A stretch of DNA of 59,305 nt, counting the filler, from Fonticula-like sp. SCN 57-25 (lineage: Eukaryota): the NCBI GenBank assembly GCA_001724245.1. It is 8 parts of 8 records of this genome, joined end to end, with 100 filler letters (N's around TTAATTAATTAA, not from the genome) between each part and the next. Parts side by side here need not be neighbours in the genome. Positions count along the whole stretch, not along the records: positions 7,075 to 16,801 come from MEDX01000406.1; positions 16,902 to 23,843 come from MEDX01000407.1; 6 more parts are not named here. One strand, written 5' to 3'. The stretch's first letter is position 1; the number at the start of each line of letters is the position of its first letter. Position numbers and translations under genes: made by a program. Shown here in pieces: positions 12,201 through 21,791 of the stretch. Below the pieces are notes generated by a model. It saw only the letters and a list, made by a program, of their open reading frames with translations. It had not been told where the DNA came from and did not search any database.

Positions 12201-14057
12201 CGCCGACTACAACAAGACATGCGCGACAATATCAACTATGTTTGCAAAGGTGTTTGGCCTCTTGATAGGCCGCGTGACGACGCTGATTGCCGTTGAATGC
12301 CCTGACTTTGTCTCTGCACCATCGTGGATGAAGCATGATGTCACCAAGGAGCATTCAATAGTACTCGTGCCAGCGGGGCTCGCGTTCAAGGATGACTCGT
12401 TGACCGACGCGGACCTTTCTACGTGGCCCGAGCATGACCAGCCAATGGTGGGCGTCAAGGGCGGGCGCTGCTATGCCAAGTCAGCGTGGCTGTCACAGCC
12501 AGTCGAGGCGCGCATATTTGCCGTCATGCAGCGCTACAGTTCGTACATTGTCGAGATGAAGCAAGGCGGCGTTCTTGAGCGGGTATGTTGTTTGTATTGT
12601 GATGTTTGGCTTATCTTTGGTGATTATAGGTGCCCGCGGCAGATGTTTTTTTGGCGGAGGAAGATGACGATGAAGATGGTGGCGGAAGGAGTGTGGGCGC
12701 GTCGTCTGGTGTATTGGACTATGAACAGGCACTACAGATGCTACCGGTGAGCGAGCGTCAGTGGACAATCAGTGGCGCAGCGGATATGATTGTTGATCCC
12801 GATGGCCGCGTGATGAGTCTTGTACCGATCGACGAACGCCACGGGATTTTTCGCTGCCCATTGGACGATGCGCATCAAGGAGGGACGCGCGTGCAGCTCA
12901 TTGAGCACTTGAATGATCATCACAGGCATGAACGGATTGCGCCCGGTCGACGCGCGGACACACGCCGAGCCGACCACCGTGACGTCGAAATGCCTGAAAT
13001 TGGTGCATTTGTACCAGCATCTGCAGAGTCTGATGCGATGATTGATGCTTCAGCATCAGCGAGTGTTGCTTTAGAATCAACTATCAATGCTCCTGAACCA
13101 GTGATGTGGAATCGATCAGAAGGGTCAGAGTGGTCCCGTGGCGTGCAAGTACAGCAAGCAAGCAGGCGACGTGCCCCTTGGAGCAGGTCGCTGGACGACT
13201 ACATGAAGACGGACATGGCGGCATTGCTTGCCTCGCCGCCAGAGACGATTCGGCTCAAGCGAAACGCTGACGGCGTCATCATCTGCCCGTTTGCCCCAAA
13301 GCACCTTGTACGTCTCTTGAACACTTTTCCGCGCATTCTCACTGTGACGTCATAGATTCCGGTGGCATCATTTCGCAAGCACTTTAGCCAAAAGCACTTT
13401 ATTCTGCTCGATCGATACGTCTTTGATGAAGCGGCCGTTACGCTGTGGGCATTTGACGATGCCGACGCGCCCTTTATGGCAAAGCAAGAAGAGGAATCAC
13501 GTGGTGCAACGGCTGATGTAGCGTATGATCGATCGGAGGAGGAGGAAGACGAGCTGGCGCAAGCACAGGACGACCCGCTTGACTATGTGCAAGGCTGGCA
13601 GGAACCGCAGCATTTTGATCACGTGACTACTGTAGCGAGTGACGCGCATTCTTTCCATGGGTCTGCTGGGCGCGGGCGCGGGAGAGGCCGCGGGAGAGGA
13701 CGAGGAAGTGTCGTTTTTGCCGCGCAGCCGCCGCATCACGCGGTACGACAAGTCTATTTTTTGCCTGTTTCTGACATGATGACGTAGCCAATCAGCGCTC
13801 CTGTGTACTACCCCCCTGCATCAGCGCACACTCAGCCATTGATGCATCAACCTCCTGCAACGGCCTATCTGCCGCCATTAGCTGCTTGGGTCGAGCAGTG
13901 CCAGCTGCCGGCGCAGTGCTTTGAACTGCTGTGGGTTAATGGGTTTGACAATGTGGAGCTGTTGGCGCAGCTTACCGACGCAGAGATGAGCGAGTTGTAC
14001 TCATTGGCTGCCGCGAGCTTGCCGCTCAACTCGCTGCGAGTAAACAATGTGTACTAG
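9283..14057 (+). CDS. XRN-family 5'-3' exoribonuclease (XRN1-like) with extended atypical C-terminus, multi-exon
   Basis: [95 protein letters not shown]. Intron 12583-12629 joins the body to the downstream ORFs in frame. Confidence 0.88.
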
Positions 14058-14289
14058 TGATGGATTTTGTTGTATTTTTATTGAAAGACTATTGACAAAC
14101 TATCGCGCATACTGTTTCAAATATAGTGTGCAAATAATGAAACCGAGAAGAAAAGAAAAGAAATAAATGAAAGAGGTAATGGCAGATGGCTTAGCGAAAT
14201 GGAAATGATCAAAAAGTTTCAAAGTATACACCGGCGATAAGCCTGTGCGGGGTTGCAGATCTACCAAACGGCCTGTAAGCGTACACCTT

Positions 14290-16505
14290 TTAGGCCTTGG
14301 CCTTGGAGCGCTTCGGTGGCGCACGCTGGGCAGTGGCTTGCGGAGCTTGCCGCGGCTCCTGCTGCCTGCTCCACTGCATCTGCGTAGTCACTTGAGCGAC
14401 GCCCGACCACTTTGTGGCCCACTCGTCATCAATCGTTTCGATTTCGTCGTCGGCTTGTCTCTTGTTGTTAATCATTGTCATGAACTTCGTTGCCTGCAGG
14501 AGACTCAGTTGTTTGTTGCTTGCGTTGACGATGCGCGTCGGCGAGAGCGAGCAAAGAGCTGCGCCGTCCCAGCCAGCAGACTCGAGTTGCTCGTACGGCG
14601 CGCCAAGCCGCTTGATCCAGTTGACCGTGTCCTCGACCGTCCACGAGAGAAGGAAACCGTCCGGCGGGTTGAACGACGGTCCGTAATCCATCTTGGAATG
14701 CGCAATAAAGCTGCAAAGGAGCAGCTTGGAAGCGTCCTTGAATGAAACGCCCATTCCAATGATATCGTCCATGTGGAGCATCGTCAAGACTTCGCCGTTG
14801 ACGCCCTGCAGAACGTTCGTCAAGTGTCCCAGACCAATGTCGCACAACCACTCCTTGAAGTTCTCCCCTCTGAGGTCGGACAGGCCGCTGGTGACGAGGC
14901 AGTCGGTCAGGCTGTCCATGGTGTTGGAGCACGATGCAAGCGTCAGGCTAAGCTCCTGCTTCTTCTCGGAGAACTCGATCAAATCGCGCGACTTTGCCAG
15001 ATACTCGGTCGACCGAAGGGTGGCCAGCGCCTGTCGCTCGTGCGCCACTGAACCAACGCAATAGAAAGTTAGGAACGGAAAGTACCAAAGCTCGACGCTC
15101 GTACGCTTTGTCTCAAGGTCGGAAATGGACTTGGTCAGGTCGCGCTCGCGGGCCATCTGCTGGCGAAGCTCCTTTTCGGTGACCTTGAAGGCCGAGTCAA
15201 CGGACTCGAGGCTGTTCCAGGTATCGGATAACAGCTGACGAACGCACACATGCGGAAACTTGTAGGGCGTTGTCGTCCAGATTTCAATCGATCCAGTGTC
15301 GGTGCCAAGAGCGACCTTGCCGGAAACGACGTCAAACGACATCGAACGAGGCTGCGATAATACCGACTTGTTAGATATATGTGTACAATTTCCGCGGTGC
15401 GCACCGTGTTTGTCGTGGCGACACTCTTTTGGGCGCTGCCGCCGGAAATCTGCCACGTACGAAGCGTCTTATCATGAGAGACAGTTATGACGTGATTTCC
15501 GTCGCCTAGGAAAGCGCCGGTCTGCACAAGGGCAGTGTGCCCAACCAACTCAGCGTGAGGAGTCGATGACCAGTCGGACCACGTGGTTCCAACCTTCCAG
15601 ACCGATGCCTTGGTGTCGGCGCTCGTCAACAGCAGATAGTCGCCAGTCCGGCTGAATGTAATGCTTGTCAGCTATCATAGTCGAATGTTGCCGTTAGCAA
15701 AGGGAGTAGCAATGACAGAGAACGTACGGCGCCCTGGTGATATCTGCTGGTCGAAATCTGCAGCCACTCGGTACGGGCAAACGCATAGATGATGAGGGCG
15801 CCGTTCGCGCAACCGACAGCAAGCAGGCTGCCGTTCGGAGAAAATTCCACGCGTTGCGGCTAAGCAAATGAATTAATATGCTGTTGCTGGGACAAGGCAC
15901 ATGGCATACCACAGCAGCAGTCACTTTCCACTCGAATAGGACCTTATCAAAGGAATCGTGGATAACAACGCCAATATTAGGACCACATAGAGCAACCATA
16001 TTCTTCTTGGCGTTGAATGCGCAACCGTGTAGCTAAAAAACAGAGCATTAGCGTTGGAAACTGCGGATTGCGTCGGAAGGAGGCGATCTTACAGCACCAG
16101 TCCCTTTGAAAATGGTTTTGTGTGTGCCTTTCTGCACGAGCACAGCAACGCCACCCTGCGTGACACCCAAGACACGATCGCCATCCTCGGACTGCGCAAT
16201 AAAGCTAACCTGCACACGGTGTGTTAGAGTAGCAGTCGGGAACAGCAGGCGAAGCGCACCGCAGAGCCGCATGCTGCCGTGTAGCTGATCGTTCCCGTCG
16301 ACAGGTCACTGATGTGGATGTTGCCGTCATTGGTGCACGATGCCAGAGAAGATCCGTCCTTGGAGATCAAGCAGCCGTCCACCTACACATACAGTGTAAG
16401 CATGAGACCAGAGGGGACCGCTCAACGCAACGCCGCGGCGTGGTGACATACCGGGCTGCTGTGATGCTTGAACGCCTTGTTCGAGTTTGAGAACGCGCTA
16501 GCCAT
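14290..16505 (-). CDS. WD40-repeat / coiled-coil / tandem SAM-like protein (paralog A)
   Basis: Exons give MASAFSNSNKAFKHHSSP|VDGCLISKDGSSLASCTNDG, EFSPNGSLLAVGCANG and LVGHTALVQTGAFLGDGNHVITVSHDKTLRTW. Heptad region, then FKEWLCDIGL...VNGEVLTMLHMDDIIGMGV and LLSWTVEDTVNWIKRLG...GWDGAALCSL. Confidence 0.75.
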
Positions 16506-16801
16506 CTCGTCTTACAACTCGCTGCGGAAATGTTAAACTGGCATGCAAGTAAAACCCTTGGGGGCTTATATAGCGTTCCCCCAATACATGTTGTTGGCAC
16601 ATTTTCTCTTGTTAGCAAGCGCAACCTCTCCGCCGTCCATGCAAGCTGTGTCATGGTGTTGGCAGAATCCGCAAACTGCAAACTTCCTCGATCGCGATCC
16701 TAGCTGGATTGATGTACAACGTCGTGTTTTGCATCCGTTTCGCGCCGAAAGCGGCGGTCATCCGTCATCGACGACCGCGGCGCGCCGTTGTGTGGAGCGA
16801 C

Positions 16802-16901
16802 NNNNNNNNNNNNNNNNNNNNNNNNNNNNNNNNNNNNNNNNNNNNTTAATTAATTAANNNNNNNNNNNNNNNNNNNNNNNNNNNNNNNNNNNNNNNNNNN
16901 N
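16802..16901. other. Artificial contig-joining spacer
   Basis: N44-TTAATTAATTAA-N44. Confidence 0.98.
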
Positions 16902-18041
16902 TCTTCCTCGCCGTATACGGCTGGAAGTACATCAGCGCCATCGACGCATCCAGGTCAAAGGTGCGAAGCAGATCGGGCGTGATGACGTCATCAATGATAT
17001 CTCAATTGGGCTTGATGCTGATGCCGATCCGCCGCAGAGTATCGGGCTGCCGTCGGGGAGCTCGCTCATCCACTTTAAGGTGTTTTACGTGGTTGCCATG
17101 CTCGTGTTCAGCTTTAGGTTCATATTCGATTTCGTGGCGATCAGCTTTAGCTACGAAGGCGATGGCGGCGACGAACCCTTTGGCATCGTACGTACAAATG
17201 GGGGAGAAGAAGGAAGGGGAAATATGTATATATGCTTTGAATATGAAATATGGGATATTTGTGCATGTAAATTGGCCATTTTTGTGTGTAGATAAAAAAT
17301 GGACATATATTGTATTTTGCGCACATTTATCGTATGTCTTGATTCTGACCATGTTTGCATTTCAATAGGACAACAAGTGCCTTCCGGATGTCTTTAGCTT
17401 CTTTTCGCTGGTCATTTGGGAAATGGTCCCTGTCGCCATTCTCCTCTACATGTTCCGAAAGATATCCGCTCATAACTGTAATATCTATTTATATTGATTC
17501 GTATATGATACATGTTCATATGGCATGCCGTGCTCATGTGTGTCCTGATTGGTTACTTGTGATATTTATCATGTTCCTATTGGCTATTTAAACGTTTCCT
17601 TGACTCTTTTTTCGTACATTCCCGCCACGACGCCTCGCTTCGCCTACATCTTTGGCGGCGCCGCCGAGCCGCTCAACGGCAGCTACATGCCCGCACCCGG
17701 TACGCCCTTTCTTCCTTTCCCGCCACTTGTCACCCCCCGATCTCACCCCCGACTCTGCCCCTGACATAATTTCTCACATTTGCGCACTTTTTGCTTCACT
17801 TTTGCTTCACTTTTCAGGGTCAAAGTACGCGCTCGGCGGCAGCCCGTACGACGAGGCCGACAGCGGGTACGGCCCGAACGCGGTCCACCCGAGCAGGTCG
17901 CACGACGGCACGCTGGACAATAGCCTGTCGCTCGGCGCGGAGGGCGGCGGCGTCGGGGGTAGGCTGCTGAGCTATGGGTCGTCGCCGGCGTCGCCGCTGG
18001 GGGCGGGTGAGGGGGGGAGTGCAAAGAGGAGATATGAGTAG
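16902..18041 (+). CDS. Multi-pass (7TM-like) membrane protein, GPR137/THH1-TOM1-like, C-terminal part
   Basis: Spliced reading FLAVYGWKY...|...FKVFYVVAMLVFSFRFIFDFVAI...|...FSFFSLVIWEMVPVAILLYMFRKI, followed by a Ser/Gly-rich tail. The last helix resembles the E..P...L..FR pattern of this family. Confidence 0.5.
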
Positions 18042-18326
18042 GGGGGAAAGTGTATCATTAAGGAGAGGTGTATAATGTTTTGGTGCTCTTTTATATCTAT
18101 TTGCAATGTATTTACAAGCAATTCAAGGGTAATGAAAACAAGGTGAGCAAATTGACAGGTTGTCTTCAGATAGAATGAATGCAGTCTGGTCCACAAAACT
18201 GCCATTTTTGAGTCGACTTCTACTATATCTACTGTTCATGTTGTGAATGTATCTTTCTCCTTCTCTATTCAAAAACACCAAACAAAACGACTATGTACAA
18301 GCCAAATATGTTACTTCCCGGATACC

Positions 18327-18672
18327 TCACCGCGATCTGGCGGCCGGGATGGCGGATGCCGCACCCGGCGCCGGCTCGTGCACCAGCTTGGCGCCGCGCT
18401 CCACAAAGTCGGACCACGCAAGCAGCATGGACGTGTGCGCGTCGAGCGACGCGACAAGCGCATTGGCGCTCTCCACATTCTTGGTCACCGTCGAGTGAAG
18501 CACCGTCAGGTCTGACGCAAGCTAATGCCGTGAAATGAAAAACAAATCAGGAAAACAACATTCAAAAAGACAAGAATAGCAAAATAGCATTATTAAATTC
18601 GTGTCAGTGAATGTGAATAAGGTCAAAAATAGGCGAGGAACGCACACGCTCGAGGTCGCGCGCGTCCGCCAT
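18327..18672 (-). CDS. Small (~73 aa) two-exon coiled-coil protein, possibly a DASH/Dam1-complex subunit
   Basis: ATG at 18672, MADARDLER|GTGCGT...CATTAG|LASDLTVLHSTVTKNVESANALVASLDAHTSMLLAWSDFVERG...RSR*. GC-rich coding-like exons flank an AT-rich intron. Confidence 0.55.
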
Positions 18673-18769
18673 GCCGCCGACAATTTGCGCGCCAACAATT
18701 AAATCACGTGACGTTCGCGCGCTTTTTTCCGTTTTGTTGCGCCCTTTGCCGTCGATCGCGCGGCGGCAT

Positions 18770-19775
18770 CGGCCGGTTCCTTGCCGCTTCCCCGCGCTCT
18801 GCTTTCCCTTTTCCCTCTCTTTATGTCCCTCGCTCTGTGTGGTTCCCCTTTCCGCGCTCCCCGCGCCGGCCTAAAGATGGTCAGCTCGCGTCGTGTGCGA
18901 GGAGGGCCAGCTCTAACCCTAAGGCATATCTAATGAGGCGAGCATGGCAAAGATGATGGCAATGTTGTGGTCGGTTTCCGCCCTCTCCCCTTCTCTCCCC
19001 TTCCCCTTTCACCCGAAGGCGCGGCGGGGGCGAGTCGGGGCGGGGGCGTCTGCTTTTGTTTGGTTCCGGTTGAGGCGCCTTTCTTTGGTTTTCATGGCGG
19101 GTTCCGACAGTGCCCCGCGCACGCAAAAACAAAAACCCAAAAACCTCAAATGAAAGGCATGCCCTGCGGACGGCGCGCGGGTCTGTGCTGGCCGGGGGGA
19201 TCGCGCGGATGTGGGGGGATGGATCGAGTGTGGGATCGGGCCTGGCATGGCATGGGGATGTTGCCGCGGCAGGACACTGGCTGACGTCATCAGCATCATT
19301 TCCCTTTCGACCTATTTATGTTCAAAAACGGCGCCCACGGCCGCTTCAGCGCCCTTTTCTTTCCTTTCGGGGCTTCTCCCACGCGCCTTCCCACGCCCGG
19401 CGGGGTCTGTGAGCGCGCCGCCCTTTCCGCGCACACCGCCCCGGCGCATCGCCCCCGCGGGCCCGGCGGCCGACGCAGGGGCCTCGCGCCACGCGGCTGA
19501 AGCGGCGCGCGAGTGAGAGGCCCGGCCTCGCGCCCCTGCCCGCCGCCGGCCGAGCGGGAGGCAGCGCCGGGGGGGCGGGAAGGGCGGTGCGTATACGCGC
19601 CCGTCGGACAGGGAGGGGTAGGGAAGGATGGTGTGTGGCCACGTGGGTGCGCGGGAAGGGTCGGGGAGGGACGGCGGGCGGCTCGCGTGACGAGAAAGGC
19701 GCGCGGCCGCTGCCCGCGGTGATGGCCATGTGGCCGGTGAGCCGTCGGGCGGCGGTTGTGCGTAATTCTGATGAG
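18770..19775 (+). ncRNA. Candidate telomerase RNA (TER)
   Basis: Template CTAACCCTAA at 18913-18922 with a hairpin just 5' (18878-18909). Crossing helices and U-rich/A-rich tracts at 19051-19158. Enclosing helix 18851-18870/19187-19209. Three-way junction 19475-19539 with a GAGG-CCCGG-CCTC hairpin. No convincing ORF. Ends are estimates. Confidence 0.65.
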
Positions 19776-19860
19776 CCATATCGGATACTTGTGAGCGTAT
19801 ATGTTTCATGTGTATATTTGGCAGTAGACTGTGTCCATAGAAGGATAGGGCACTGCGTAC

Positions 19861-19968
19861 TGATAAGGATCTGATAAGGATGTGATAAGGGACCGTGATA
19901 TGGTACATGTGGACCGGTAAGGTACCACTAATATGGAAGTGTGTACTGATAAGGCACCACTGATATGG
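19861..19968. repeat. Degenerate TGATA(A/T)GG repeat cluster
   Basis: TGATAAGG at 19861, 19872, 19883 and 19947; TGATATGG at 19896 and 19961. Confidence 0.8.
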
Positions 19969-20223
19969 TATAGTGACCACATGAGGATATTTTTGATACT
20001 GTGTGGCTATGGAAAGCCAAAGGTGAGATCGATTGAAAGGCAAAGGCACAAAGAAAATTGCGTAAAGCGAAACTAAAAGTTTAAAGCATATCTCATATTG
20101 AATATTAACGTAAAGATGCACATATAAAATGATTGATACAGCCGAGCAAATACGCTCATATAGTAAAACACAAACACCCACACTGGGCAGCGCGAAAGAG
20201 CAACAAAAGTGTACAAAAAATGT

Positions 20224-21045
20224 CTATGAATTGACGGCCGCGCGCTTCTGCGGCCTGTGCAGCGACGTCGCGAGCACGGACGCCGCGGCCATGTCGGCCT
20301 CGAGCTCGTCCTGCGCGCGCTTGCGGTTCGCGAGCGTCGCCAGCAGCGCCTTCTTTGTCTCTGTCCTGCTGCTCGACTGAGCGGCGGCGGTCGGCTGCGG
20401 CGCATAAAACATGGGCTGCTGCTGCTGCACGAGGCCATAGTGCATGTGCGCGTACTGCGGCGCCACGTCGGTGTAGAGCGCCGCCATCTGCTGCTGCTGC
20501 TGTGGCGCAGCAGGGAGCAGCTGCGTGGCCGTCGGCGATGCGCGCTTGAGGTGATCGACCTGCGACTGCAGCTCGTCCTTTTGCCGCTTCAGGCACTCAA
20601 TGTACTTTAGCGCAAAGTTGAGCCGCCGCTTAACGTCCTTTTCCTCGTCAACGAGCGCGGCAGCAGCAGCAGCGCTGATCGCCGACGAGCCGCCGGCCGA
20701 CATGGCGCGGTCGCTGCCCGACGACCGCTGCTGCGATCCCAGCGAGCGGATGTGATCCACCGCCTTGCGCAGGATCTCTGCCTTGCTGTGGCACGGCTGG
20801 CACGACGGGACGACGCTCCGGAGCGACTCAAAGCCGCCATTGATGTTGGCGCGGCGCTTTTTCTCCGAAGCGAGATGCGCGGCAGAGCGCGCTTCGCTGC
20901 GCGACACGCGGTCAATCGCGGCATCATCGTCGGGAAGAGGGGAAACAGAGCGCGAATAAGAGTCGACAGATGAAGAAGAGGGAGAGAGCGTCGCGTCGTG
21001 CGCGAGCGCGCCCTCGACAACGCTCAGCAGGCCCGTAAGTGACAT
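20224..21045 (-). CDS. bHLH(-Zip) transcription factor, Mlx/Max/Mxd network-like
   Basis: AHLASEKKRRANINGGFESLRSVVPSC...SKAEILRKAVDHIRSL shows the H-x3-E-x2-RR basic region of E-box binders. A heptad segment follows. Likely ATG at 21045 (MSLTGLL). Confidence 0.88.
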   Translation of the reverse strand: MSLTGLLSVVEGALAHDATLSPSSSSVDSYSRSVSPLPDDDAAIDRVSRSEARSAAHLASEKKRRANINGGFESLRSVVPSCQPCHSKAEILRKAVDHIRSLGSQQRSSGSDRAMSAGGSSAISAAAAAALVDEEKDVKRRLNFALKYIECLKRQKDELQSQVDHLKRASPTATQLLPAAPQQQQQMAALYTDVAPQYAHMHYGLVQQQQPMFYAPQPTAAAQSSSRTETKKALLATLANRKRAQDELEADMAAASVLATSLHRPQKRAAVNS

Positions 21046-21120
21046 TCCCACAGCAATGCGCAGCCGAGACGACAGCACAATGACCCCGCAGCTCAGCTCA
21101 AAAGTGGTATTCTTGCATGC

Positions 21121-21173
21121 AGCCAATCAGACACGCGCAATGGCGTCGCCTTATGCAAGCTGGCCAATCAGAC
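21121..21173. promoter_or_regulatory. Tandem CCAAT boxes upstream of the bHLH gene
   Basis: GCCAATCAGAC occurs twice (~21122 and ~21163), about 80-125 nt upstream of the ATG. Confidence 0.55.
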
Positions 21174-21791
21174 GCGAGTGATGCTATTTGAAGGCATCGG
21201 GCACGAGCTGCTGATTCTTCCTAAAAAGGAAATTGGGCGTGATGGTAAATACGCGCAAACTGCAAACTGACCCGATCGACGAGCGCTGACAAACAGAAGT
21301 CAATGGCGAGACTTTTGGTAAAGGAAGAGCAAGTCAACGACTATCGAAAAAAGAACAAAAGTGGAAAGTGGATCATTAAAAGGACTACATAAAGGACGAA
21401 TAAAGGGAATTAAATATTCATATATACGTCCACAATTGAACGAATTTTGTAATATTTATACTGGAACGTCCATTTGAACCCTCATTTTCTCAATGACCAT
21501 TGCTTCAGTCCCCCTCAATTTCAACAATCCAAACTGCCAATATGTGTTCGTATCGTGCAACATAGTATATCTATTTAAAATTCGCGGTAAACAACTACAG
21601 GGAAAGAATCCCGTGGCTACAAAAACAGTGACATGGATGGAAAGTGGTATGCAAATTTGCCCCCCTGCTCTCTACAAGCGGGCGACGCCAAAAGTAACAC
21701 AAGGCAAAACAACAACGCAAAAGCGAAAACAGCAGCTTATGATGAGCCATATGGAGAAGAGAACTGGAGAAGAGTTTGCACGTCGGCCAGA

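Noticed and set aside
18913-18922. CTAACCCTAA as an interstitial telomeric remnant or telo-box promoter motif
   Set aside because: Not excluded, but disfavoured: it is a single ~1.7-repeat copy embedded between a hairpin, a pseudoknot and an enclosing helix.
19312-20181. 289-aa minus-strand ORF and other ORFs overlapping 18700-19900
   Set aside because: No domain, low-complexity Arg/Pro/Ala/Gly translations, and spans abrupt compositional shifts. Better explained as stop-poor GC-rich structured RNA.
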